DNA of 64,000 nucleotides. Origin: Spirochaetia bacterium (lineage in GTDB: Bacteria > Spirochaetota > Spirochaetia > WTKD01 > G963693115). Every line of letters begins with the position of its first letter. Within the stretch, counting starts at the first letter, position 1. This document shows positions 31,701 through 40,991 of the stretch, one piece after another. The notes beneath the pieces were generated by a model. The model did no database searches and was not told where the DNA came from. It saw only the letters and a list, made by a program, of their open reading frames with translations. The stretch lies in contig CBDDCA010000005.1 of the NCBI GenBank assembly GCA_965226055.1, positions 384,001-448,000 on the forward strand, given 5' to 3'. The translations under genes and the position numbers were made by a program.

Positions 31701-33292
31701 GTGGTGCTTGTGCCTTTTTCTTGTATGCTCACGCTGTACTCTTTTATGTCTTTGTTATTGGCTTTTGTTACATCAGGGGCTGTCCATGTTATCTGTGTGC
31801 CTATCTTTGCTGCTGATACAAAAGGGTAGCTTACTTGTATGTTTGTCACCGCATCGGGGGCGGTGCTATCTGCTGCTGTGCTGACTGTGGCTGTTGCTTC
31901 TGTTCCTTTGTTGCCTGCACTGTCCATTGATACGACTGACACTGTATACTCGGTGGTTGCTTTGAGGCCTGTTATTTGTGTGTTGCGTATTGTTCTCTCT
32001 GTTATTGTCACTGTCTTTGCTGGAGAACTGCTGTCCTTTTCTGTTGCTGTTATAGTCACTCCTGCGTAATCTCGTACATCGGGGGCTTGCCAGCCTACTA
32101 CTATGCTTGTTGCTCCTCCTATAGCACTCACATTGCTTACAGGCTCTGTGCTTTTGTCTGTTGTTGCTTGTTCTTTTGACACTGCAGTGGAGTACTTTCC
32201 GTTTTGAGAAACATACACTTCTACTTTGTAGGTAAGCGTGCCATAGAGTTTTGTGAGGGCTATGCCATCCTTCGCAACATACACAGTGGCGTACTCTTTG
32301 TTTTGTGCGGTTGCACTGCTGAGTGTTGCAGTACTGCTATTGTTCACAGTTGCTTCTGCTACTACTGTATTTGTTGCAGTTGCTATAACGCGTACTAAGA
32401 GGCTTTTGTCGGTAAAGGCAAAGCTCCCCCACTTGATAAGCAGGCTTTCATCGGCTGGGCTATTGCTTTTATCGTTTGCTGTTACTGTAAGGTCTGCCTC
32501 TGGCAGTGGCGTTACTGTTTGTGAAAGCTGTGATGCTTGTATGCCTGTCAGTACTGTTGCAGGGCTGGTTGTGTTGTCATTTCTATCCTTATAGCTTATT
32601 TCTACATCATAGGATATACCTGCAAGCATGGAGACATTTGGAAGTATAACTTCTCCTTGCTGTAGGTTCTGCACGGTAGCTTGTGCAAGCACTATGCCAC
32701 CAGTCGTGCTTTTTACCACTATCGTTGCTTCTGCTATGTCTGTCTTGCCTAGTGCAAGTCGCTCTTTGTCCCATGTTATCTTTATGCCATCCCCCGATTT
32801 CTCTACTCCTACCTGTGTCAATGTATCCTGTGGGGGAGTAGTATCTACCAGTGTTGTCACAGAGCGTGTCACTTTTGGTGATACTTCCGTGTCTTTTTGT
32901 GCTTCTATCTCTACGGTGTAGTCGGTGAGTGCTTGTAAGCCTTTGAGTTGGTACGATTGTCCTTGTTGAAAGAGTGTTTGATATTCTATTACAGGAATAC
33001 GCACTTGTATTGATTGTACTGGTATTGTTGAAGTTGCAGTCACTACTACATGCGTGGCATCACTGGGAGCTTCCCAGCGTAATAAGAGTGTCCCGTCATT
33101 ATCTGCTGCTTGTATTTGCACATTGGATAGTGATGCAAGTTTCGGAGGGGTTACTGATTTTCCTCCACCGCCTGATGAGGAACTACTACTACCGTCCGAA
33201 CATCCTAGCACAAAGAAGGTAGCTATTGCTAGCACCCACGCTAATGTAGCTATAGTTATGTTCCACTTACTATTCAGCTGATATTTTTTCAT
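28706..33292 (-). CDS. Surface lipoprotein paralogue 3 (FN3 stalk + DUF285/BspA-type tip), intact
   Basis: Lipobox FVLGC, Ser/Gly tether, FN3 W..P / L...T.Y motifs, five 25-aa FNxDIxxWDVSxVxxM repeats. Confidence 0.93.
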   Translation of the reverse strand: MKKYQLNSKWNITIATLAWVLAIATFFVLGCSDGSSSSSSGGGGKSVTPPKLASLSNVQIQAADNDGTLLLRWEAPSDATHVVVTATSTIPVQSIQVRIPVIEYQTLFQQGQSYQLKGLQALTDYTVEIEAQKDTEVSPKVTRSVTTLVDTTPPQDTLTQVGVEKSGDGIKITWDKERLALGKTDIAEATIVVKSTTGGIVLAQATVQNLQQGEVILPNVSMLAGISYDVEISYKDRNDNTTSPATVLTGIQASQLSQTVTPLPEADLTVTANDKSNSPADESLLIKWGSFAFTDKSLLVRVIATATNTVVAEATVNNSSTATLSSATAQNKEYATVYVAKDGIALTKLYGTLTYKVEVYVSQNGKYSTAVSKEQATTDKSTEPVSNVSAIGGATSIVVGWQAPDVRDYAGVTITATEKDSSSPAKTVTITERTIRNTQITGLKATTEYTVSVVSMDSAGNKGTEATATVSTAADSTAPDAVTNIQVSYPFVSAAKIGTQITWTAPDVTKANNKDIKEYSVSIQEKGTSTTVLSEKKIPYPTTSLSVEELTQGKTYTITIQAIDYAGNKSSQATKDITTPNSLTAPSEDLFQNKPALDTTTGVIQIKATFKQAPGSNKYYTLRMLDGTNLVAEKSITSTATTISFGIADGIEVSSTQANAKSYSFTFLTVENNRVSPPTTLTDKVAVYDAVSTVPPAPENLTLFIETSTQTSDTVQYDFQKGTITSKHKAPNDRQLTQAQIQYKVYIVAGDQSTKSIGEIKAMGGVQTQEIAGNSSLRGTFIGTKGAVYTIGIEAINSLNPYATKKAQSKDPALIQKLELSTIPTSKATAPTSSLTGKLVVSPSTNTVGTIKLVLTQLSTITGAKNKDGTTVTSNDELVYTVYGLQKDTTPTVAEVLAGRKVNLGSVSSGVYTVPALASLGLSSETAPVVAIKGATKYHFVVEVAVKTDTSKKAVSTVASVTTASQATAPAEVSNIQVGGVDGGNATISWTAPSLNASHKTNKGATLTVAQVSYKVYKVAKSGSAKSVAAIKTAAGSSTAVAAGTTNSTLTGLTVGTTYEIVVQAVNSTDTNKEATGERKEFIAKEAYVSPGKPTIQANAQGVTIVLTITAPTVKGTTADGTDLRDNQIDYIVYYAASTKDIDGATVKTQAQGASDAQEGAEKDDVPTGATSYTIRNLRLNTKYYITAVAVNSLKKTKVSAEATAVSASTPAVAIGNTTKVSATVGSAPTSAHTTRVLASISPSGLSFTCDESTIDNDNSTLKKETGLTVTFAKNTNTVTITGIANKSNIHDSAITEYNYGVVQCTITSGSYSGGKVLATINVETGLVKLAGQSASYYRPTGRTELKAIITAERGAGRQNTNSPNLSIIDTSAIIDMSSLFDSDSTFNGDITRWNTSNVGNMQYMFLNSSAFNQDIGDWDVSKVIMMSDMFNGASAFNQDIGSWDVSSVTKMDSMFRRTSFNKDIGNWKVASVNHISDIFEDASNFDQDLSSWKICKVRIKNSDFSGSAMEGKTAQYPKDSTDKVACP

Positions 33293-33521
33293 AATGATCT
33301 CCTTTTATTATCCATATATTGTGTATTTATCATTACAATAAATACATTATATATAACTATCAATATTATAGTAATAAATACTATTTTTTATATACATTGC
33401 ATCAAATATAAAAAGAAAATACATAAAATTTACATGCACTATTAGTAACATGTGATAATAATGCTATATATATTCCCAAGGTATTTCATATCCTGCTATA
33501 ATGCTATTAGAGGGCGTATAT

Positions 33522-35456
33522 ATGATTCCTAGTTTACTTCTCATTGTATTTATATTATGGGGAGTACGATTATTTAAAATACATATTGTTATCTTTGGTA
33601 TGTTACTGGGACTTGCTCTCGGAGCTATATTCGGACACTATATTGTAAAAATAACAGCCTTAACACTTGAAAATTCAAATACTCTTACTACCATCGTAAC
33701 AGTTGCAGGAGGAATAGTAGGGGTAGGATTAGTATTTCCATTCAAAAAAATCTTTGCTTGCATCAATGCTGGTATCTATCTAGGTATACTTGGATCTATT
33801 GTAAGCATGTTACTCACTCTTCCCCATACAATTACTTTTGTCTTTATAGTATTGTTTCTTATCGGGTTTTTTATAGCATTTCGTTTTTACAATTATGCTG
33901 TCATTGTTATAATGGTAATCACTGGATTAGGCATTACTGTATTTTTATTCCAAATACAACTACATTCCATAGTAAATAATATACATTTTCTTTTTCGCTT
34001 AAAAAATTACTTTATGAGTAATCCTATCAGGACATTTCAGTTTATACTCCTTCCAAACAAACAATACATTACATATACAATCGTACTTTTACTTGGCTCA
34101 AGTATATATTCGGTATTACTACAGAAACACTATGCACATACCACATCTGATACTATACATATTACCCATAAAAAAACACTGTTTAGAAACATCGGCTATT
34201 TTTTTACTGTCATTTTACTTATAGGGAGCATATTTGAAATATTATTTTACATCATTTCTTTCTATAATATTAGTTTCAGTGAATCTATTGTTAGCAGCAC
34301 TGGACAGAGTATATACAGACTTATACAAATGATATTTAAGAACACTCAAAATATGACAGGAGTTATTTCTCCATATATCGTAGGTATGGGAATAATCCAT
34401 CTCCCCTTTGTTGCAATATTACTTTACTTATTGCTCCCTTCATATAAAAGCACAAAAACTTCTGTGCCTATAGTATATTCAAACCCTCTAATAGGAATAC
34501 TATGTAGTATAGCATGTTCAATTATTTTAATTCCATTCACATACTTTGTTATACAAACTATTGTCACTATTCCTTCAGCATTTACAGTACCATATACTGA
34601 GTTAGCCAATACAATAAGTAATTATTTTATAAGTACTATAAAAAAGAGTGTTCTGTTTTTCACTTTTTTCTTTCGTACTCCCTACAATACTACTATTAGC
34701 ATATTTATCATCACTAGCAAGTGGATATTTTCATTCATTATATTTCCTGTACTATTGTACCTCTTGGTATTCAAACGAGAAAAAGCCTTTGCATATTCTT
34801 CAAAACTCAATCTATCAAAACCACAAGACAAACAAGAACAAAACACTACAAACAGTATCATCCCCTCTTACAAGACTACGCATACAACTGTACCACAACA
34901 ACATACACTGCCTCCTTCTATTACCAATATACCCAATACTGTACAAAAAAATACTTCTAAAACAAGTAACGCTCCCATATCAAAAAAAAGAAACAACATA
35001 GACTATGTTACCTTACTTATTCAAAAAAAGTATACACAACAAAAACATTTATTACAGCTTATTACAGAAACTTTTTATAAAATACAGAAAGTACAAAAAG
35101 TCATTCCCAATACATACGAAATAAGAGGAGCTCATCTATTTGTACAATTCAAAGAAGGGCTTCCTATTTCTCATTTACAAACAAAGGGAGTTCTTGCTGT
35201 TCAGGTACTATCATACAATGCTACTACACAAGATAGAAAGAATATCCCTCTTATTAAAGAAGCAATGCAACGCTCAAAAGCCTCTATGGGAATGGTAATC
35301 ATCACTGCAAATTATAGCTATAAGGACATCATTATGATAAAAAAAGAAATTCAAACAGTAAAAGAAGCATTACAAAAACCAATTGTTTTAGTTGCAGGAA
35401 GAAATGTAGCACGCTTTGTTCTTACATTTGGAGGAGCATTCTTTTTAAGCAACTAG
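33522..35456 (+). CDS. Polytopic membrane protein with C-terminal Mrr/restriction-endonuclease-like domain
   Basis: Many TM helices, Thr/Gln/Pro linker, soluble tail GAHLFV...AVQVLSY...GMVIITA; start 33501 or 33522. Confidence 0.7.
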   Translation: MIPSLLLIVFILWGVRLFKIHIVIFGMLLGLALGAIFGHYIVKITALTLENSNTLTTIVTVAGGIVGVGLVFPFKKIFACINAGIYLGILGSIVSMLLTLPHTITFVFIVLFLIGFFIAFRFYNYAVIVIMVITGLGITVFLFQIQLHSIVNNIHFLFRLKNYFMSNPIRTFQFILLPNKQYITYTIVLLLGSSIYSVLLQKHYAHTTSDTIHITHKKTLFRNIGYFFTVILLIGSIFEILFYIISFYNISFSESIVSSTGQSIYRLIQMIFKNTQNMTGVISPYIVGMGIIHLPFVAILLYLLLPSYKSTKTSVPIVYSNPLIGILCSIACSIILIPFTYFVIQTIVTIPSAFTVPYTELANTISNYFISTIKKSVLFFTFFFRTPYNTTISIFIITSKWIFSFIIFPVLLYLLVFKREKAFAYSSKLNLSKPQDKQEQNTTNSIIPSYKTTHTTVPQQHTLPPSITNIPNTVQKNTSKTSNAPISKKRNNIDYVTLLIQKKYTQQKHLLQLITETFYKIQKVQKVIPNTYEIRGAHLFVQFKEGLPISHLQTKGVLAVQVLSYNATTQDRKNIPLIKEAMQRSKASMGMVIITANYSYKDIIMIKKEIQTVKEALQKPIVLVAGRNVARFVLTFGGAFFLSN

Positions 35457-35659
35457 AAGAGACATAAAGAGGCTGTCATAGCTTTTGATATTACTACATA
35501 TAACATATTATACTTATCTCCCCTTTATAATATATACATTATAATCGTAATCTGCACTATTTTTTACAACAATTGGAATAAAAACACAATTTTAATAATT
35601 TTACCCTTTATTTTCCTGAATACCCTCATAAAAAACACAAATTGTGATATACTGACAAC

Positions 35660-36271
35660 ATGTTTTTAAGAAATATAGTAATTATTACTGTCTTTACTGC
35701 TCTTATATATCTAATAGGGCTGATACCGAGTATTCAATTACCGTTTATGAATGTACCTATTGTATTACAGAATATAGGAGTATTCTTAGTTGCTTCCATA
35801 CTAGGTCCCATAGGAGTATTCAGTGTAATTTTATTTCTTATACTTGTTGCTCTTGGGTTTCCTGTATTATCAGGAGGACGTGGAGGACTTTCTGTTTTTA
35901 TTGATCCTACAACGGGCGGTCTTTTATTAGGATATATTTTAGCAGCACTTATCATTGGGATTTTAGTATATCATGTATGGCCCAACATTGGTTTTTCAAA
36001 ATATTTTTTCTGTAATCTTGTTGGATTAGTGCTAATGTATGTTCCCGCTATTCTCTGGTACGCCTACAGTACTACAAACGCTGGCATTCCCACACCATTT
36101 ATAAATGCATTATTTGTATTTCTTGTATATATTCCAGGTGATATTATCAAAATTCTTATCACTTGTTATATTGCAGTAACTATAAAAAAATACTACCCTA
36201 TGATTGAAAAAAGAAACATTGAAGACTATACTGACAAACATAGTAAACGTCAGCTTAGCATAGACAACTAG
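35660..36271 (+). CDS. bioY: Biotin transporter BioY (2)
   Basis: VPIVLQN, GFPVLSGGRGG, TGGLLLGY, PGDIIK. Confidence 0.9.
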   Translation: MFLRNIVIITVFTALIYLIGLIPSIQLPFMNVPIVLQNIGVFLVASILGPIGVFSVILFLILVALGFPVLSGGRGGLSVFIDPTTGGLLLGYILAALIIGILVYHVWPNIGFSKYFFCNLVGLVLMYVPAILWYAYSTTNAGIPTPFINALFVFLVYIPGDIIKILITCYIAVTIKKYYPMIEKRNIEDYTDKHSKRQLSIDN

Positions 36272-39200
36272 ACATGATGTTTTCTTCCTGGTAAAAGAGA
36301 ATAAAACACTGGAATAAAAAATAATGTTATAAACATACAAGTACCTAATCCAACAGCAATAGTAATAGACATAGGACGCCATACAGGAGAGTTTCCCGCA
36401 ATTCCTAACGCAGTAGGCAACACCCCTGCTATAGTGGTAATATTTGTCAATACTATTGGCTTAAAACGCCTCACTGTAGCAATTTTAATTGCTTCTAAAT
36501 AATTCGTTCCTTTTTCCACTAAACGATTGCTTGTATTTATCAATACAATAGCTCCGTCCACAGTAATCCCCATAATAGCAAGAAAGGAGTACAGTATGAT
36601 AATAGAAAGCGAAGTCTGACTCATCAGTAGATATATACTAATACCCACTGCAGTAGAAAGAATTGTCATCATAATAAGAAATGGTTGCAAATAACTTTTG
36701 AAATCTAAGGTAAGTACTACATATATGATAACAATTCCAATAAAAAAGAGTAATATAATATCACCTAACAAAGAAGAAAATTCCTCAAACTCTCCTTCAG
36801 ATTTTAATGTAACTATAGCATCAGTATTTGAAATATATCCATCAAAATAATCCATAATTTCACTTTCAATAGTTTGAATATCCTGCTGTTGTGTAACATC
36901 TGCTTGTATTCTCAGTATTCTTTTGCCATTTTCACGTTCTATATAGCTATCACCAAAAGTCTCTTCTAATTGAGCAATATCTGAAAATGATACAAATGCA
37001 TTGTTTTGATTTATAAACTGTATATCATCAATAGTATCCTTACTCAATGTTTCGTTTCCAAAAAAACCAAAATACAGATCATAGCTTCTATTATCATCAG
37101 TAATAAGCGTGCTTACTGGTTCATTTGCAAAGAAATACCGTAATTCTGTTCCTACCTGGGCAACACTAAGCCCATAGTCTTGTATAGCATCTTTATCTAC
37201 TTGAACAATGTACTCCTTATTTTTTTCATTACGATTACTCCGAATATTCTGTACAGTATTATAACTGGATAATTTCTCCATCACTGCAGTGTACGCCTCT
37301 TCCAATGCTTCACTATCTGTACTCAACAGCTTAATTTCAACAGGAGCTGGTAATGGAGGCCCCGTCCTTTGTTTACGAATACGCACCGACTTTGTTCCTT
37401 GAATAGAAGACAAAATCTCTTGTACACGAAGAGTCACAACATCTAAGTGCTGCGAAATTTCATTTACTGCTCCTGCAACCTGAACTTGAAACTGAATATC
37501 ACTCGTAGTTTGCACTTTAATGCCTTCTACATAATCTGGATCAACATCTCCAATAATACTAATCACTCCTTCAACTATCCCTTCTGACTGTAAGAGCAGC
37601 AATTCTTTTTCTATAGCAGTAAGCGTATTTGTAGTTTGTTCAAGCATATACCCATGAGGCATTGCTACATCAATAAGCAGTACCTTATCTTCTTCTGTAT
37701 CATACAAACTCACAGGAGTAAAGAAAAATACTGATATGCTCATCCCAATAATAACAATAAATCCTATACCTGATACAACACGATGTCTTATAAGTACAGA
37801 AAGTACTCTGCCTAACACATTCTGACACCATACAATAAAAGCAAAATCTTTTTTAGCATCACTTCCTATGAGATTCATATACTGCGGAGGAACTACCAAT
37901 AGAGCAGTCAAGACAGAAAAACTTAACACAACTACTATCGTAACAGGAACAGGATAGAGAAAATCTCCTATAATACCGGGCATAAAAGATAATGGAACAA
38001 ACGCAGCTACAGTAGTAAAATAGGCAGTGAGTATCGGCCCTACCATTTCTCCTAACCCCAAAATAATAGCTTCTTTTTTATGTATATGACGGTGATTACG
38101 ATTATACAAAATACTTTCAAGTACCACTATACTATGATCCACCACCATACCAAGCACCAATACAAGAGCAAATAACGTTGCTCCATTGAGTGTAATCCCC
38201 ATCATCTTCAATACAAGAAAACTTGATGTAAATGTAAGAGGAATTTGTATACTCACTATCAATGCCGATTTTATCCCCAAAAAGATCCACATAATAACAA
38301 ATACAAGAATAAGCCCTACAAAAGCATTACTGATAAGTGTATTCATTGTATTAGATATATAAGAAGTCGTATCAGCAAAATAAGAGAGAGAAATATCACT
38401 ACCTATAGTATCTTTATATCGTGATAACTGTGTTTTTATAGTATCCACTAATTGTATTGAATCTGCATTTGTTTGCTTATGTATCTTAAAAACAGCAGCA
38501 GTTTTTCCATTGTAATATACTAACTCAGAGCTGTCATTAAATGCAAACTGTACTGTAGCAATATCCTTTACTCGTATGAGAGCTGGTGCTTGACGAACAA
38601 CAATATTTTCAACATCCTGTATATTTTTCACCCAAGTATCAGTTTTTAGCTGAAAAGCAAACGATGTATCTTCATTATCGTTTGTACTTGTTTCTACAGC
38701 ACTCTGGTTCTTCAATACTCCAGCAGGAATAACTGCCATCTGTTTTTGAATAGCATTACGAACTTCGGCACTACTGATTCCACCATATCTTGTCATGTTT
38801 TCCCTTTGCATTTGCACCTGCACTACTTTTGAATAGTACCCTTTAGTCGATACTTTTAGCACCCCTTCTGTATTTTGCAATGTATATAATAGCTCCTTAG
38901 CATGCTTCATCAACATCTCTTGAGAATGAGCATCTTGCGTATCATTTGATTGCAATATCACCGTAATGACACTAGAAAAATCCGCATAAGAAAAATCATC
39001 AACAAATAGCTGCCCTACATTAGGAGCAAAATCTATTGATAATACAGTATTTTTTAAGCTATGTATCGCGTCTTGAAACTCTGCTTTTGATATTTGCTGC
39101 TTATACGCTATATGAGTAAAATTGAAGCCCGGAGAAACAAACGAGTTTACCCTTTGAATATGTTCTAATTCTTTTAAGGCATGTTCCAATTTTGTAGTAA

Positions 39201-39399
39201 CTTCCTCTTCTACTAACACTACATCTGCACCAGGATAAGGTACAACAATATGTGCATAATACAACGGGATATTTGGATATTGTTCGCGAGGAAGAGTAAA
39301 AAAAACCCATATCCCCAAAAACGCACATGCTAATCGAACAATAGTAATAGCATGATAATATTGTAATGATATATTTCCTAGTGTTCGCGAAAAATTCAC
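36268..39399 (-). CDS. RND efflux permease (AcrB family)
   Basis: 1043 aa, two large periplasmic loops, LPREQYP, YPGA, GMVVD, RRFKPIVLT. Confidence 0.92.
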   Translation of the reverse strand: MNFSRTLGNISLQYYHAITIVRLACAFLGIWVFFTLPREQYPNIPLYYAHIVVPYPGADVVLVEEEVTTKLEHALKELEHIQRVNSFVSPGFNFTHIAYKQQISKAEFQDAIHSLKNTVLSIDFAPNVGQLFVDDFSYADFSSVITVILQSNDTQDAHSQEMLMKHAKELLYTLQNTEGVLKVSTKGYYSKVVQVQMQRENMTRYGGISSAEVRNAIQKQMAVIPAGVLKNQSAVETSTNDNEDTSFAFQLKTDTWVKNIQDVENIVVRQAPALIRVKDIATVQFAFNDSSELVYYNGKTAAVFKIHKQTNADSIQLVDTIKTQLSRYKDTIGSDISLSYFADTTSYISNTMNTLISNAFVGLILVFVIMWIFLGIKSALIVSIQIPLTFTSSFLVLKMMGITLNGATLFALVLVLGMVVDHSIVVLESILYNRNHRHIHKKEAIILGLGEMVGPILTAYFTTVAAFVPLSFMPGIIGDFLYPVPVTIVVVLSFSVLTALLVVPPQYMNLIGSDAKKDFAFIVWCQNVLGRVLSVLIRHRVVSGIGFIVIIGMSISVFFFTPVSLYDTEEDKVLLIDVAMPHGYMLEQTTNTLTAIEKELLLLQSEGIVEGVISIIGDVDPDYVEGIKVQTTSDIQFQVQVAGAVNEISQHLDVVTLRVQEILSSIQGTKSVRIRKQRTGPPLPAPVEIKLLSTDSEALEEAYTAVMEKLSSYNTVQNIRSNRNEKNKEYIVQVDKDAIQDYGLSVAQVGTELRYFFANEPVSTLITDDNRSYDLYFGFFGNETLSKDTIDDIQFINQNNAFVSFSDIAQLEETFGDSYIERENGKRILRIQADVTQQQDIQTIESEIMDYFDGYISNTDAIVTLKSEGEFEEFSSLLGDIILLFFIGIVIIYVVLTLDFKSYLQPFLIMMTILSTAVGISIYLLMSQTSLSIIILYSFLAIMGITVDGAIVLINTSNRLVEKGTNYLEAIKIATVRRFKPIVLTNITTIAGVLPTALGIAGNSPVWRPMSITIAVGLGTCMFITLFFIPVFYSLLPGRKHHV

Positions 39400-39436
39400 T
39401 ATAAAAACTCCTTATCTCTTACTATGTATATTTCTA

Positions 39437-40057
39437 TCACTCTTCTTTTAGGAGCATAGTATCAATATCATGCTGAAATTTTTCTGCCTTTACACGCAAA
39501 TACTCACGGTTTTCAGAACTAACATTACGGGTCATTAAAGAAACACGTTCATGTACCTTTATACCATATTGAGACAACTGTGTAGCTTTATCAGGATTAT
39601 TACTTAAAAGACAAACACTGTTTATACTTAAATCACGTAGAATAAGATAGGCAATATAATAATCACGTGCATCAGGTTCATGGCCTAGCTTAGTATTTGC
39701 ATCATAGGTATCATATCCTTGTTGTTGCAAAGCATAGGCTTTTATTTTTTCTACCAAACCAATACCACGTCCCTCTTGACGCAGGTACATAAAGATCCCT
39801 TTTCCTTCTTTATTGATAGCTTCAAGTCCTAACACTAACTGATCTGCACAGTCACACTTTTGAGAAAAAAATACATTCCCAGTAAGACATTCCGAATGTA
39901 CACGACATAGCATATTACTAGACAGATCCCCCTTTACCAGCACTAAGTGTTCTTGTGCATCCGAATCTAAATAGGCATGAGCAATAAATATTCCAAAGCT
40001 AGTCGGAAGTTCTACAAAAGAATGATCAATAATAGAGAGCGTATGTTTCATAGACAA
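39437..40057 (-). CDS. ribA: GTP cyclohydrolase II
   Basis: RVHSECLTG, CDC, QEGRGIGL, SNNP. Confidence 0.96.
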   Translation of the reverse strand: MSMKHTLSIIDHSFVELPTSFGIFIAHAYLDSDAQEHLVLVKGDLSSNMLCRVHSECLTGNVFFSQKCDCADQLVLGLEAINKEGKGIFMYLRQEGRGIGLVEKIKAYALQQQGYDTYDANTKLGHEPDARDYYIAYLILRDLSINSVCLLSNNPDKATQLSQYGIKVHERVSLMTRNVSSENREYLRVKAEKFQHDIDTMLLKEE

Positions 40058-40058
40058 T

Positions 40059-40616
40059 TTAGTTTGCTCTTTCTACATATTCCATAGTTTCTGTATTAAC
40101 AAGAATATGCTCATTTTCTTTGATAAATCCTGGCGCACGTAGAGTAAGCCCTGACTCACATTCAATAGTTTTATTTACTGATGTAGCCGTATCTCCTTTC
40201 AATGCTTCGGGAGCATACACGACTTTCATCACCACTTTAGGAGGTAAAATAATATCAATAGGGTTTCCATCAAATAAGATAATCTGATACATCTCCCCTT
40301 CTTTCAAAAAATACACCTTATTTTCCAATCCTGTAAGAGATAATGCATATTGCTCATATGTATCTTGCTCCATTACATATATCTGACTTTCGTCTTTATA
40401 GAGATACTGTGTATGTTTATACTCAATGTTTGCTTCTTCTACAGTATCCTGTGTTTTCAGTGTTTCTCGTAATACCTGTCCATTATTAAGCCCTTTCAGT
40501 TTGCAACGCACAAAGGCTGCTCCTTTTCCTGGATTTACAAATTCACGTTCTACAACAGCAAACGGCTCTCCTTTTATAAGTACATACATTCCTTTTTCTA
40601 TTTGCCCTGCTTTCAT
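40059..40616 (-). CDS. efp: Elongation factor P
   Basis: VNPGKGAAF, KGDTAT, YVERA; GGAGG RBS before ATG 40616. Confidence 0.96.
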   Translation of the reverse strand: MKAGQIEKGMYVLIKGEPFAVVEREFVNPGKGAAFVRCKLKGLNNGQVLRETLKTQDTVEEANIEYKHTQYLYKDESQIYVMEQDTYEQYALSLTGLENKVYFLKEGEMYQIILFDGNPIDIILPPKVVMKVVYAPEALKGDTATSVNKTIECESGLTLRAPGFIKENEHILVNTETMEYVERAN

Positions 40617-40759
40617 ATTCCTCCTCAGCAATCACTATATTTAGTGTACTATAATAAATACTCATGTTGCTAATAGCTAACATATTTCTCTTGGAGTTTT
40701 ACCATTTCATGTGTTCTCTTTTGATAAAATCAGTATACTGTAAAAGTTCTATTATGTAC

Positions 40760-40806
40760 TTTTACCATCTCGTACGATTCAAAAATCCATGCACGAGATG
40801 GCAAAA
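40760..40806 (-). other. 16-bp stem hairpin
   Basis: ttttaccatctcgtac / gcacgagatggcaaaa; both mismatches are G-U pairs on the minus strand. Confidence 0.65.
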
Positions 40807-40876
40807 ATCCTTTCTTAAATATGCTCAATTTGTAGTAGTAATAACAAGTTTTCTCATCTTACATAAACTTACTAAA

Positions 40877-40958
40877 GTGTAGGGATGATTGAAAGAATAA
40901 GAATAATAAAAATCCTTACATTGATACAATGAAGATTTTATGTTTCTCATCCCTACAC
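40877..40958 (-). terminator. Long imperfect stem-loop downstream of the FN3 tandem gene
   Basis: gtgtagggatga/tcatccctacac outer stem plus aaaatccttacattg/caatgaagatttt inner stem. Confidence 0.55.
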
Positions 40959-40991
40959 ACTTATACTATATCACCTTATTACTCCTTATAA

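Noticed and set aside
40664-40882. 72-aa ORF in the efp upstream region
   Set aside because: No RBS or recognisable motif; overlaps hairpins and repeats
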